Shown: positions 37,972 to 48,265 of the stretch, one piece after another | Layout: the number at the start of each line of letters is the position of its first letter | How positions within the stretch are numbered: the first letter of the stretch is position 1 | Made by a program: the position numbers and the translations under genes | From: Coxiellaceae bacterium | GTDB taxonomy: Bacteria > Pseudomonadota > Gammaproteobacteria > Berkiellales > Berkiellaceae | DNA length: 64,000 nucleotides | Assembly: GCA_947478905.1 (NCBI GenBank) | Contig: CANJXG010000003.1 | Location: 2,337-66,336, forward strand | Direction of reading: 5' to 3' | The notes under the pieces: model-generated | Told to the model about the DNA's origin: nothing | The model's database searches: none | What the model saw: the letters and a program-made list of their open reading frames with translations, nothing else

Positions 37972-37994
37972 CAGGGAGCCTATTAGGCTCCCTG
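37972..37994. terminator. GC-rich hairpin (cagggagcc-tatta-ggctccctg) between convergent genes
   Basis: Perfect 9-bp stem with a 5-nt loop and no clear U-tract. Confidence 0.4.
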
Positions 37995-38032
37995 CTCTAG
38001 CCCTAAACCATTTTATTATCATTTAAATTTTG

Positions 38033-38971
38033 TTAGTAGCTCCCGAAAGTGTGACGATACGTTATTGCATCATTTTCAGTGTATGGAGGTGGTGCAGTAG
38101 ATTGATAATCTACGTGAGGTTTTTTGTTTTGTTTACGTTCTTTTACTGTTGTAGTAGGAGAAGGTGCAGGAGCAGGTGCAGCAGGCTCAGCTTCTTGTAC
38201 AGCTTTAGCTTTTTGACTCCTTGGAGCGCTGATAATGTCCGATACGGTTTTAGGCATCAGTAACGTTATGCCATATAAAGTTGCCCATGGTAAAAAGAGT
38301 CCTATATACGGATTAAACAGAATACTCAGTGCAACAAGTGGCACTACTATACTCATGGAAGTTATAAAACCTTGACTTTTTGGATCAGTAATATTGAGAT
38401 CAGCAAAAAAGCCATCTAGATAATTCAATAATGTTTGTCCGTATAATATAAATGGAGCAAAGGCAGCAACTAACATAACAGTTAAAGCCATGCCAATTGC
38501 TATAGCTGGGTATTCGAATAGTTTAGCCACGACTTTTAGTATGTTGAAAATGATTTTAGCTATTTCGAAGATAATAGTAGCGAAAAATCGCACTATAGGT
38601 GAGAAAAAATTAAAAAACGGGAAAAAGATCGCTACAAAAAGTTCCAAAATTGGGTTTAGAATGTGCATAATAATTGGATCTAAAATCCACTCTTTAATAG
38701 CCAGTAGCAGATTGAAAAGCTTGAGTACTTTTGCAATTTTAACTAACAAAAGACTAGTGAAAGCAACAGCAATAGTCATTGCTATACAGCTTAAAAGCAG
38801 AGCAGCACTTTGTAAAAAAATAGACATGACTAATGTCGGTAATGCGGCATATCCTAAAGTAGCGACCCATGTGCCAATAGCAAGTAAATTAATTTCTGCC
38901 CATGCATAAGAAAGTAAAGCTATACTTGCCCCTGCAAGAATCAGTCTAAATAAAAATTCAATTGGGTTCAT
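38033..38971 (-). CDS. Polytopic membrane protein with a P/A-rich tail carrying a PPPY motif
   Basis: About 250 aa of hydrophobic helices, then AEPAAPAPAPSP...STAPPPYTEND. Confidence 0.5.
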   Translation of the reverse strand: MNPIEFLFRLILAGASIALLSYAWAEINLLAIGTWVATLGYAALPTLVMSIFLQSAALLLSCIAMTIAVAFTSLLLVKIAKVLKLFNLLLAIKEWILDPIIMHILNPILELFVAIFFPFFNFFSPIVRFFATIIFEIAKIIFNILKVVAKLFEYPAIAIGMALTVMLVAAFAPFILYGQTLLNYLDGFFADLNITDPKSQGFITSMSIVVPLVALSILFNPYIGLFLPWATLYGITLLMPKTVSDIISAPRSQKAKAVQEAEPAAPAPAPSPTTTVKERKQNKKPHVDYQSTAPPPYTENDAITYRHTFGSY

Positions 38972-39060
38972 AGCCTACCTCTTATAAAATATTTAATAAA
39001 TAAACTTGGATCCTAACATAAAAAAAATTCAAGTACTAGTGTAGAAGCACTTAATTTATT

Positions 39061-40020
39061 TTATTTGGTAGACCGTTTTAATTCCCTATTTTTTTTTATA
39101 ATTTCAGACATGAGACCGCCTATGTGTTTTTGCCCTCTTGTAGCCGCAATATTAATTTGTTTTTGACGCTGCGCATATCGTTGGGTTTGAGAAGCATCTT
39201 TTATACCATAACAATGATGGCAGGAAATACCTTTAGTATAAGCTTGATGTTCTTTATCTTGCTCAGTAATTGGCATTCGACATGCGTAACATTGATCATA
39301 TTTTCCTTTAGCTAAGCCATGTGTTACTGCTACTCTATCATCAAATACAAAACATTCCCCTTCCCAAAGCGATTCGCTTTCTGGAATTTCTTCTAAATAT
39401 TTTAAAATACCCCCTTCTAAATGATACACTTCTTTAAAACCTTGTTGTTTTAAATAAGCCGTAGATTTTTCACAGCGAATGCCGCCGGTGCAGTACATAG
39501 CAATTTGTGTTTTTTCTTTATCTAAAGAAGCCAGATGATCAGCAACGAACTGAGGAAATTCTCTGAAAGTATCGGTATTGGGATTGAGAGCGCCTTGAAA
39601 ATTACCAATGGTAACTTCATATTTATTGCGTGTATCTACGGTTAATACATTTGGCTTAGAGATAAAATCATTCCATTCTTGTGGTTTAAGATACGTACCT
39701 ACAATTTTGGTTGGATCAATCCCTTCTACCCCCATTGTCACCGCTTCTTTTTTGATTTTGACTTTGCATCGTTCAAAGGGTCTTTTACTATGTAAAGATT
39801 CTTTGGTTTTTAAATGCTTAAAACGAGAGTCAGCTCTAAGATAATCAATTAAATAATCAATATCTTCGCGTGTTCCGCTGATAGTGCCATTAATCCCTTC
39901 CCTAGCAAGCAATAAAGTGCCAAAAATTTGTTTTTCTTGCATTATTTTTAATAAAGGGGCACGAAGTGCTTCTTTATTTTCTATTACAGTAAAATGGTAT
40001 AAAGCTGAAACAATGTACAT
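39061..40020 (-). CDS. trhO: Rhodanese-domain tRNA uridine(34) hydroxylase TrhO (YceA/UPF0176)
   Basis: N-terminal ACT-like fold (ALYHF..I), rhodanese loop [11 protein letters not shown]-terminal Cys-rich tail. Confidence 0.8.
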   Translation of the reverse strand: MYIVSALYHFTVIENKEALRAPLLKIMQEKQIFGTLLLAREGINGTISGTREDIDYLIDYLRADSRFKHLKTKESLHSKRPFERCKVKIKKEAVTMGVEGIDPTKIVGTYLKPQEWNDFISKPNVLTVDTRNKYEVTIGNFQGALNPNTDTFREFPQFVADHLASLDKEKTQIAMYCTGGIRCEKSTAYLKQQGFKEVYHLEGGILKYLEEIPESESLWEGECFVFDDRVAVTHGLAKGKYDQCYACRMPITEQDKEHQAYTKGISCHHCYGIKDASQTQRYAQRQKQINIAATRGQKHIGGLMSEIIKKNRELKRSTK

Positions 40021-40284
40021 TAAAATATCCCAATTGCAATTAATTTTAAATTAGCGATTATATTAGCTACATTTATATCAAATATCGATTTTTTAAGCAA
40101 TATTTGTATATTTAATTATATTTTCTCAAAAATAGAATAAAACGTTTACATATAGTGAATATTCAGTTATATTATTTTAGTTAACGGACAGAGCTTGGTT
40201 TGAATTGGGCCTAAAAACCCAGATCTTGCTGAAATCCATTATTAAGTTAACATTTTTTTTATTTCATTCAGGACACATTTACAC

Positions 40285-40608
40285 ATGCAAAACAAAATAT
40301 ATGTTGGCAACCTAAGTTACAACGCTGAAGAACCAGATCTACGCGATTTTTTTAGTTCTTTTGGCGAAATTACTGAAGTTTTTATTCCAAAAGATCGTGA
40401 AACAGGTAAAGGCCGTGGCTTTGCTTTTGTCACATTTGCTAACCAAGCTCAAGCACAGGAAGCCGTTAAATCTAATGGTACAGAAATGAGTGGACGTCCA
40501 CTTAAAGTGAACATTGCTAAAGAACGTGAAGCTGGCGGCGGCGGCGGTGGTCGTAGCGGTGGCGGCGGTCGTAGTGGCGGCAGCGGTGGCGGCGGTTCAC
40601 GCTGGTAA
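40285..40608 (+). CDS. RRM-type RNA-binding protein with a glycine-rich tail
   Basis: RNP2 IYVGNL, RNP1 GRGFAFVTF, C-terminal GGGGGRSGGGGRSGG. Confidence 0.85.
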   Translation: MQNKIYVGNLSYNAEEPDLRDFFSSFGEITEVFIPKDRETGKGRGFAFVTFANQAQAQEAVKSNGTEMSGRPLKVNIAKEREAGGGGGGRSGGGGRSGGSGGGGSRW

Positions 40609-40635
40609 CCCCTCTCTGATCATTTGATCGTAATA

Positions 40636-40670
40636 AAAAGCCCCTAAATTTAACACTTAGGGGCTTTTTT
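40636..40670. terminator. Bidirectional rho-independent terminator
   Basis: aaaaagcccctaa-N9-ttaggggctttttt. Stem flanked by A-run and T-run between convergent genes. Confidence 0.75.
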
Positions 40671-40723
40671 ATTACTTTATTTAAAATGAAAGTTGAAAGA
40701 AAAGCTAAAAAACCAACTTACAG

Positions 40724-42922
40724 CTAACCTGCTACTAATAATTGCTTTAAATACGTTAAGCGCCTATTAGCGCTCTGTTTTTTAATCCCAAGCGTTAATG
40801 CTTTCTTTTGAGCAACAATGATAACGAGGTTTCTTCCTCGTGTAACTGCGGTATAGATTAAATTTCGTTCTAGCAACGAATAATGTTGAATAGATAATGG
40901 TATAACTACTATTGGATATTCTGATCCCTGACTCTTATGAATAGTGGTGGCATAAGCAAGATTTAATTCATCTAATTCTGATTGCTCATATTCAATCACA
41001 TTATTATTAAAATTAATCCACACGCCATCTTCTTCTTTATCTATTTTAGTAATAAATCCAATATCCCCATTGTAAACTTCTTTATCGTAATTGTTTATAT
41101 TTTGAATCACTTTATCTCCCACTCCATAATGATTTCCAAATTTCGTAATCACTAATTTTTGTGGATTTAAATATTTTTGCAATTCAAGATTTAAAGAAAC
41201 AGTGCCTAAAATTCCTTTACGCATAGGCGTTAATACCTGAATATCTTGAATAGGATCAGCATGAAATTTCTTAGGAATACGTTCGCAAACCAATTGAATA
41301 ATTTTCTGAGCAATTTCTTCTGGGGTTTCACAGATAATTAAATAAAAATCAGATAATGTAGTATTTTTAGAGGCACCTTCAGACTTTACAGGGATAATTC
41401 CTTGATTAATAGCATGCGCATTAATAATAATTTTAGAAGTAGCCGCTTGTCTGAAAATTTCTGTTAATTTTACAGTAGGAATTAAATTTGAAGCAATTAA
41501 ATCTTGTAATACGGCACCAGGACCTACTGAGGGAAGCTGATCAACATCTCCTACAATTAACACTGCAGTAGTAGGATGTATAGCTTTAAATAGCGAATTC
41601 ATTAAACTAACATCAATCATAGAGGATTCATCAATGACAATTAAATCCGCTTCTAAAGTATTATCCTCATCATATTTAAATTTACGATCAATAGGAGAAT
41701 ACGCTAATAAACGATGAATGGTTTTGGCTTCCATTTGGGTTGATTCAGCGAGTCGTTTTGCAGCACGCCCTGTAGGCGCTGCCAATAATATTCTGGCTTT
41801 AACGCTTGCTATTATTTTTAAAATACTATTTACAATAGTGGTTTTACCAACCCCTGGCCCCCCTGTAATAATCATCATTTTATTTTTAATAGCTGCAATC
41901 ACTGCTTTTTCTTGGGAGGGTGATAAAATTAAGTTCGTTTGCACTTGGACTTGTTCAATGGCTTTTTCCATTTTTTTATCAGACCATTTTGACCATAAAG
42001 TGCCGCCTTTTAATAAAGCCTGACAACGCTTTGCAATCCCTAATTCAGAAGAATATAAACTATGAAGAAAATAATAGGTCATCTCATTTTCAAAAATCAT
42101 TTTTATTCGATGATTTGCTATCTCTTTTTGTATTGCTAGTTCAATTAATTCTGAATCAACCGATAAAATTTCTTGCGCATGCTTTATTAAATTCAATTTT
42201 TCAGCGCCACAATGCCCATTTGATGCAATATCTTGCAAACAATATACTACTCCCGCACTCGCTCTTAAAATAGAATCATGTGGTATGCCTAATTTTTGAG
42301 CTAATTCATCCGCCGTTTTAAATCCAATCCCATAAATATCTTGCGCTAAACGATAAGGGTTTTCTTTAACCCTCTCTATAGATTTTTGACCATACATTTT
42401 AAAAATGCGAACTGCACGAGAAGTGCCTACCCCATAACTTTGCAAAAAAACCATAATTTCTCGAATTACCCTTTGATCAGCCCATGCTTGCACAATACTA
42501 GATTGTCGTGCTTTTCCTAAGCCAGGTACCTCAGATAAGCGATGGGGCTCATTTTCTATAACCGAAAATACATGCTCACCAAATTGATTAATTAAACGTT
42601 TTGCAAAGCCTTCCCCTATTCCCTTAATCATTCCAGAAGCAAGGTATTTGTGCATACCCTCGATTGTGGTAGGCAAAATAACTTTTATAGTATCTGTTTT
42701 AAACTGTAATCCATATTGTTTATTATTAATCCAAATACCAGTACATTCAATAAACTCACCTGCTTGCACGGCAATTGTAGAGCCCACAACGGTAACTGGT
42801 TCACGCTGACCTTTAACTTGCACTCTCAGTACACAAAAACCAGAATCTTCGCTATGGAAGGTTACGCGTTCAATTGTGCCTTGAAGAGGTTCTATTTTCT
42901 GTTCTGTTTTCAGATGGGACAT
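40724..42922 (-). CDS. recD2: RecD2-type SF1B ATP-dependent DNA helicase (RecD/TraA family)
   Basis: N-terminal OB/HhH region (G.IERVTF..E.SGF.V..V), Walker A ITGGPGVGKTT, LIVIDESSM, LVGD.DQLPSVGPG, ATTIHKSQGSE, YTAVTRG. Confidence 0.85.
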   Translation of the reverse strand: MSHLKTEQKIEPLQGTIERVTFHSEDSGFCVLRVQVKGQREPVTVVGSTIAVQAGEFIECTGIWINNKQYGLQFKTDTIKVILPTTIEGMHKYLASGMIKGIGEGFAKRLINQFGEHVFSVIENEPHRLSEVPGLGKARQSSIVQAWADQRVIREIMVFLQSYGVGTSRAVRIFKMYGQKSIERVKENPYRLAQDIYGIGFKTADELAQKLGIPHDSILRASAGVVYCLQDIASNGHCGAEKLNLIKHAQEILSVDSELIELAIQKEIANHRIKMIFENEMTYYFLHSLYSSELGIAKRCQALLKGGTLWSKWSDKKMEKAIEQVQVQTNLILSPSQEKAVIAAIKNKMMIITGGPGVGKTTIVNSILKIIASVKARILLAAPTGRAAKRLAESTQMEAKTIHRLLAYSPIDRKFKYDEDNTLEADLIVIDESSMIDVSLMNSLFKAIHPTTAVLIVGDVDQLPSVGPGAVLQDLIASNLIPTVKLTEIFRQAATSKIIINAHAINQGIIPVKSEGASKNTTLSDFYLIICETPEEIAQKIIQLVCERIPKKFHADPIQDIQVLTPMRKGILGTVSLNLELQKYLNPQKLVITKFGNHYGVGDKVIQNINNYDKEVYNGDIGFITKIDKEEDGVWINFNNNVIEYEQSELDELNLAYATTIHKSQGSEYPIVVIPLSIQHYSLLERNLIYTAVTRGRNLVIIVAQKKALTLGIKKQSANRRLTYLKQLLVAG

Positions 42923-43778
42923 CTTTATTTAAAGTTTCTTTTTTTACAGGTTCTATGACAATTTTAATAATTGGATTAGGAGTAATTCCACAAGCAAGAG
43001 GCGCTTCTTTATCAGAATGAGATGATTTAGAAAAATAATATAATCCTGATTTAATTTTAGTTAATAGCCAGAATAACAGGGTATAAAATTTATCTATTAA
43101 AGATAGTGATTTTACTGGCGCAGAAGCTATTTTTTTTAAAATAATTTTTGGTCGTAATGCTTCGTGCTGCGTATAAAAAAATTCAGCTATTTCAGGCGTA
43201 TCTTGATGAGTTGGTGGTAAATCATATAATATATCTTGAGCAATTTTTGGAGTAGACTGACCCAATAATTTAATGGCCTCAATAGGAAGCTCAGGACATT
43301 TATTGATGATTGGTCTAACACAGAGATAAGTATGCTCCGCGGATCCTTGGGTAATTAAGGCATAATTAAAATCAACAAATGCTTCATTGTTTTGTGCGCT
43401 ATGCTCTTGTATTAAGGCTATTAATACTATTCTAGTATAATTAGCCTCAGTCATTCCTAGTATAATTAAATTCTGTTTTCCAATTGATTTTAGTAATTCA
43501 ATATCCCCAATAATCCAATTTTTAAAAGCATTCAAACTTGCTTTGTTTGTTTTAGATTTTAACATTAATGCACTGGGTGGGATATTAGCGATATATTGCC
43601 ATAAAGCCTGAATTGTAATTTCTTTTGATAGTATTTTTAATTTTACTTCTTCTAAGGTAGAGGCGTTATCGGAGCATAATACATTCCCTATTAAATAGGC
43701 AGCACATAGATTATTTTGACCTTTTTTGATTACAACATAAAATTTTTCTATTGCTTCTTTCGAATTAAACTTTGGCAT
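42870..43778 (-). CDS. Hypothetical protein
   Basis: ORF only. Overlaps the upstream gene by 14 nt and recD2 by 53 nt. Confidence 0.4.
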   Translation of the reverse strand: MPKFNSKEAIEKFYVVIKKGQNNLCAAYLIGNVLCSDNASTLEEVKLKILSKEITIQALWQYIANIPPSALMLKSKTNKASLNAFKNWIIGDIELLKSIGKQNLIILGMTEANYTRIVLIALIQEHSAQNNEAFVDFNYALITQGSAEHTYLCVRPIINKCPELPIEAIKLLGQSTPKIAQDILYDLPPTHQDTPEIAEFFYTQHEALRPKIILKKIASAPVKSLSLIDKFYTLLFWLLTKIKSGLYYFSKSSHSDKEAPLACGITPNPIIKIVIEPVKKETLNKDVPSENRTENRTSSRHN

Positions 43779-45363
43779 GCTTACTCTTATATGTTCTTAC
43801 AAGGCTTTCCTTGCAAAATCCATGATCTGCTGCTGCTTGTAAAAAAGCATCAAAATTCGCGGTGTATTGACTATAGTATGAATGTTTTTCTGCACATATA
43901 TCAAAATTCCATCCGCTTTCAAGAGCATTAAATAAATTAGTATTTTTCTCATCAACAAATGATTCAAAATCTAAAGCCTCTGCTTGGGCTTCTTCTATTG
44001 ACCAATATAATCGTTTCGTACATATCTGATGTAATAGGTGTGCTCTATGAGCAGATGCAGGAAGAAAACGGAGCAAAAAATGCGCTAAGCTATGATCTCC
44101 TTTATAGTGTTGAAAATAAATTTCTGCACGCGCTGCAAAGGCAGATTCAGGTTGGATTTTAGAAATATGAAAAATTAAAGCAGCAGAATCTAATAGTTCA
44201 ATATGATTCGCTAAGTTTTCTAGAATGACGTCTTCCTCTACTATTTCACTTTCAAAAACAGCTGCAATAAAAGTTTGAGCGCCTTTAATATTTGGTTCAT
44301 TTTTTTCAAACCAAGCATGTATTTTTTCTGCATCTTTATCAGATAATAATAATACCTGGGCAGGATCATCGAGGAGTAAAAATAAATGTTTTTGAATTAA
44401 TTTTTTTAACTTTTCATTCGCGTTTAATAGCTGTATTCTTTTTTTAAATTCTATCGGGGTTAATTGCAAAGTTCCTTCTAAAACAGACAATAAATCTAAC
44501 ATGGCTTGTTTCTTCTCGCCTTTAAGCATCCATCCTTGTATTAAATTTTTCCATCCTATAAAGTGAGCACTAAAACGGGTATACCCTCCCCAAGGAATAC
44601 TGCCAGAGGATGAAGCTTCATTATTTTTATAGAGAAATTTTGCACACTGCAAATTTTTTAAACTTAAATCTTGAATAAAAATATTGATAATTTCTGTGTT
44701 TTTAGCTAATGATTCTTTTTGATCTTGATTTGCATGCAAACTAATAAATGCCATTAAACGTTCTAATTCTAAAGGTTGTAATGAGGGGGTTAATTGACCA
44801 GCATCTGTAAAGGTAGGTTTTAAATGTACAATTTTACATTTTATATTTTTTGCAATATTATCTGCTAGTATCCTTAGCTTACTTTGAATGTCAAGTTTTT
44901 GAGTGTTTAATTTAATTTTATAGTTATTTTTCTGTTTATGTAATTTAGCATCAACAATCCAAGGATGTTCACGCCAACTTTTTTTAGATAACGTTTCTAA
45001 AACTGTATTTAATGCCTCAATACGACTGGTCGCATTATCTTGCAAGTTATCTAGATGATTAATATTTAAATTATCTATACTGACAAGATCAAATAAAGGT
45101 TCTGCTAAAAAAATTTCATTTTCAACAAAGTGTTGCTTGGCCCATCCAACTTTAAGCTTTAAAGCTTGATTTAATTTATTTTTAATAACTTGATAGGATA
45201 GCCATCCCAAAATAGGAATAGCAGCAATAGATAAAATAAGCGGAGAAAAAAAGCTAGATAACGTAAAACCCAATACCAAAGCACCTAAAAGGTGCCATTG
45301 TATTAATTTAATATGATTTAAAAGATCAAATCCTTTGAATACACTCATACTGTTCCTAAACAA
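43765..45363 (-). CDS. Hypothetical membrane-anchored protein (two N-terminal TMs, large soluble domain)
   Basis: ORF only. Its start abuts the MFS stop with no gap. Confidence 0.4.
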   Translation of the reverse strand: MFRNSMSVFKGFDLLNHIKLIQWHLLGALVLGFTLSSFFSPLILSIAAIPILGWLSYQVIKNKLNQALKLKVGWAKQHFVENEIFLAEPLFDLVSIDNLNINHLDNLQDNATSRIEALNTVLETLSKKSWREHPWIVDAKLHKQKNNYKIKLNTQKLDIQSKLRILADNIAKNIKCKIVHLKPTFTDAGQLTPSLQPLELERLMAFISLHANQDQKESLAKNTEIINIFIQDLSLKNLQCAKFLYKNNEASSSGSIPWGGYTRFSAHFIGWKNLIQGWMLKGEKKQAMLDLLSVLEGTLQLTPIEFKKRIQLLNANEKLKKLIQKHLFLLLDDPAQVLLLSDKDAEKIHAWFEKNEPNIKGAQTFIAAVFESEIVEEDVILENLANHIELLDSAALIFHISKIQPESAFAARAEIYFQHYKGDHSLAHFLLRFLPASAHRAHLLHQICTKRLYWSIEEAQAEALDFESFVDEKNTNLFNALESGWNFDICAEKHSYYSQYTANFDAFLQAAADHGFCKESLVRTYKSKHAKV

Positions 45364-46713
45364 CTACGTAGCCAAAGCTTTTTCTCTGGCTTGAGCACAA
45401 CTTATAGACCATAATGGTAATAACATAAAGAAAATAATAAAAGACGCAGCAATCATAGAGATATAATAACCATCCCAACTCCATATATCAATAATTTTCC
45501 CTACCGGCCACCCTGCTACTGCAGCGCCAATATATCCTAAAAATCCAGCAAAACCATTAGAAGCCGCTGCAGCACGCTTATCTACAAATTCAGCAGCTGC
45601 CAAGCCAATAATCATTTGAGGACCAAACACAAAAAAACCAATACATCCTAAATAAAACAAATCTAAAATCATCCAATTTGAAGTAGAGCACCATAATGCT
45701 ATAACCGAAATAATAAGACCTAAGGCAGAAATAACCATCATTGACACTCGATTCCCTTTAAAAAAATAATCCGACCCCCAGCCTACCGCTAACATCCCAA
45801 TGAGTCCACCTATCTCAAACCAAAAAATACCTTGGCCTGCTGTTAATATATCTGGAAAGTGCTTCACTTCCATTAAATAAAAAGAACTCCAATCATTGAC
45901 CGCAGTACGAACAATATAAATAAAAAAATAAGATAAAGAAAAAATCCAAACATATTTATTATTCAAAACTTGGTTAAATAAAATTTCTTTAATAGTAAAA
46001 AATGAATGCGATGTTTCATCAAGCGTTTTTTTCATGTTGGGATTATTTTTCAAATATTCATCCACTGGAGGCAAACCTAAGGTTTGGGGCACATCTCGAA
46101 GGCGGTTGATTAAAACTAAGCCCATCACAATACTAATCCCAGCAGGGATAAACATCGCAAATCGCCAGCCAAAAGTTAAAGCAATAAAGGGTCCGAAAAG
46201 CGCAATAAAAGCGCTCCCCACATTATGTGAAGTACTACAGACACTATACCAAAAACCTCTATTAGACTGTTTAAACCAATAGGTTAAAGATTTACAACAA
46301 GCAGGCCATCCACAAGCTTGGAAAAAACCATTGACTATCCAAAAAAAAGCTAACCAGCCAAAAGAAGAGCTCATACCGAATAATATATTTAATAGGCCTG
46401 TAGCAATCAGACCAAATGCCATTAGATATCGTGGATTGGAACGATCAGAAATAATACCCGCTATAAATTTATTTACGCCATAAGAAAGAGAAAACAAACT
46501 CAATATTAATCCTAATTGAGATTTGCTAAACCCTAAATCTAAACCTACCAATGGCATGACGACTGCAAAATTTTTACGAGTCATGTAATATACTGCATAT
46601 CCAAAAAATAAAGACAAACAAATGCGGATACGCCAATAATGATATTGCGCATCTACTTCTTGTGAATCTTGTATAGGTTCAATATAAGCTGCTGGCTTTA
46701 AAAAATTTAGCAT
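45364..46713 (-). CDS. MFS transporter, organophosphate:Pi antiporter family (UhpC/GlpT-like)
   Basis: Y..W.....L..F.GY..YY..R.N......L N-terminus, G...D R.NPR motif (GIISDRSNPRY), 12 TMs. Confidence 0.8.
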   Translation of the reverse strand: MLNFLKPAAYIEPIQDSQEVDAQYHYWRIRICLSLFFGYAVYYMTRKNFAVVMPLVGLDLGFSKSQLGLILSLFSLSYGVNKFIAGIISDRSNPRYLMAFGLIATGLLNILFGMSSSFGWLAFFWIVNGFFQACGWPACCKSLTYWFKQSNRGFWYSVCSTSHNVGSAFIALFGPFIALTFGWRFAMFIPAGISIVMGLVLINRLRDVPQTLGLPPVDEYLKNNPNMKKTLDETSHSFFTIKEILFNQVLNNKYVWIFSLSYFFIYIVRTAVNDWSSFYLMEVKHFPDILTAGQGIFWFEIGGLIGMLAVGWGSDYFFKGNRVSMMVISALGLIISVIALWCSTSNWMILDLFYLGCIGFFVFGPQMIIGLAAAEFVDKRAAAASNGFAGFLGYIGAAVAGWPVGKIIDIWSWDGYYISMIAASFIIFFMLLPLWSISCAQAREKALAT

Positions 46714-46716
46714 TAA

Positions 46717-47091
46717 TTAAACTCCTGGTATGTCTTTTTTTAGTTTAATGCGACCTGGAAACGGGAAAATATTTGCTTTGATAGCTTCTTCGCCTTCTAA
46801 TAAACTTTCTTCGCGTAAAATTAAGATAGTCATAATAGTATCTACTCTAAGATAGGTTTCTCCAGTATACTGCCTACTGGCTGAATCCCCTTTTCCTAAA
46901 TAACATATCGTATCATTGGCATACCAATAGGTTTCTTCTAGCTTTAAAGCGCCCTCTGATAAATCCCCAGCAGCCCAAGCTATAAGGTCGTCTTTTAAGA
47001 CTTGACCTCTAAATACGGTTATACCATCTGTATATTTATTAGCCTCGATTTCAACCCACAGTTTATTTTTATTGTGTTTCATTTTGTGCAT
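46717..47091 (-). CDS. Hypothetical protein
   Basis: ORF only. Lies 3 nt upstream of the MFS gene. Confidence 0.35.
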   Translation of the reverse strand: MHKMKHNKNKLWVEIEANKYTDGITVFRGQVLKDDLIAWAAGDLSEGALKLEETYWYANDTICYLGKGDSASRQYTGETYLRVDTIMTILILREESLLEGEEAIKANIFPFPGRIKLKKDIPGV

Positions 47092-47269
47092 TTACTCATT
47101 CGGCCTATTTTAAAAGGATAAGTGCTTATTTAATCAGATATTAAACAAACATACAAGATTAAATTAAAAATTTAATTTATCTGTAGAACTTATTCTATCT
47201 CTAATGGTCTCAGATAAGTTACAATACGTAATATATTAATAAAAACACTGAACATATGGTGAGGATAAG

Positions 47270-47959
47270 ATGAAAAATATACAATTAATTATAATAGGAA
47301 TGATCTCTTTTGTTTCTTTAACCCTCAGCTCTACGAGCTTTGCTCTATATGGACAAAAAATTTGTAATAATCCTGGCTTTGAATGCTATAAAGTGAAACG
47401 CGGGGAAAGTTGGTCTACTTTATTCCCCGATGAGTCTGAACGCGAACTAGTTCTCAGACTCAATAGAATGAATATCGGTCTTAGCCCAGGGCTGGTCATT
47501 GCCATCCCTAATGATCTTGAAAGTGTATCTATAATGGATATTAGCCCCTTTCCATTGCATATACCCCCTTCTTCGCAAAACTTGATTAGAGTTGATCAAA
47601 ATAAGCTAGCGTGGGGCGCGTATAATACTGCAGGAAATTTAGTACGATGGGGACCCGCTTCTGGGGGCAAAGCTTACTGCCCGGATATTAAAAGAGGCTG
47701 TAAAACCGTAACAGGTGCATTTACGGTATATAGTAGTCAAGGTGCTGGTTGTAAATCAAGTGTTTACCCTAGACCTAATGGGGGAGCACCGATGCCCTAT
47801 TGCATGCACTTTTTTAAAGGATATGCGCTACATGGCTCAACATCTGTCCCCGGAAAAAATGCAAGCCATGGTTGTGTACGACTATTTACAGAAGATGCGC
47901 GCTGGCTAAATCAAGAATTTGTCAGACCTGGTTATACTAGAGTTATTGTCACTCATTAA
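47270..47959 (+). CDS. LysM-domain L,D-transpeptidase (YkuD family)
   Basis: Signal peptide, LysM-like YKVKRGESWSTLF, YkuD catalytic HGS....G...SHGCVRL. Confidence 0.8.
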   Translation: MKNIQLIIIGMISFVSLTLSSTSFALYGQKICNNPGFECYKVKRGESWSTLFPDESERELVLRLNRMNIGLSPGLVIAIPNDLESVSIMDISPFPLHIPPSSQNLIRVDQNKLAWGAYNTAGNLVRWGPASGGKAYCPDIKRGCKTVTGAFTVYSSQGAGCKSSVYPRPNGGAPMPYCMHFFKGYALHGSTSVPGKNASHGCVRLFTEDARWLNQEFVRPGYTRVIVTH

Positions 47960-48251
47960 CTGGCGGCTCAATCCATTTATTTAAAATTTGGATGATTTTT
48001 TTAGCTTGCTCAGCATTCGTAATATTGAATTTAGACTTGGCACGATACTCACCATCTCTTTTTTGATATCTACGAATGCTGTATTTTTTAGGCCCAAAAG
48101 CATCATTTTTAGCAATCCAATCTTGGTATTCAAACATGATTGTTGTCCAGGCGCCCCTTGTCAGGATTTCTTTAGCAAGCTCCTTTACAATAATCGTCTC
48201 ACCTTCTTTATACTCTATTGTAATGTCATCTATTGTTTGGGCCATTATCAT
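47949..48251 (-). CDS. Hypothetical small protein
   Basis: ORF only, 100 aa, between convergent and flanking genes. Confidence 0.35.
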   Translation of the reverse strand: MIMAQTIDDITIEYKEGETIIVKELAKEILTRGAWTTIMFEYQDWIAKNDAFGPKKYSIRRYQKRDGEYRAKSKFNITNAEQAKKIIQILNKWIEPPVNE

Positions 48252-48265
48252 ACCTTCTTTCTTTA

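Noticed and set aside
38030-38263. A 77-aa plus-strand Cys/Arg-rich ORF opposite the tail of the PPPY membrane protein.
   Set aside because: It is the reverse-frame reading of the P/A-rich coding tract, where GC-rich codons give R/C/S-rich shadow translations. It has no start context.
40021-40284. A 264-nt leader upstream of the RRM gene, considered as a possible riboswitch or cold-responsive UTR.
   Set aside because: I could not identify a conserved riboswitch core or a stable extended structure by eye. It would need covariance-model scanning (Rfam/Infernal), which I cannot run.
40540-40600. A GGC/GGT-rich microsatellite-like tract.
   Set aside because: It encodes the glycine-rich tail typical of bacterial RRM proteins (GGGGGRSGGGGRSGG). 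It is an imperfect repeat, not an independent element.
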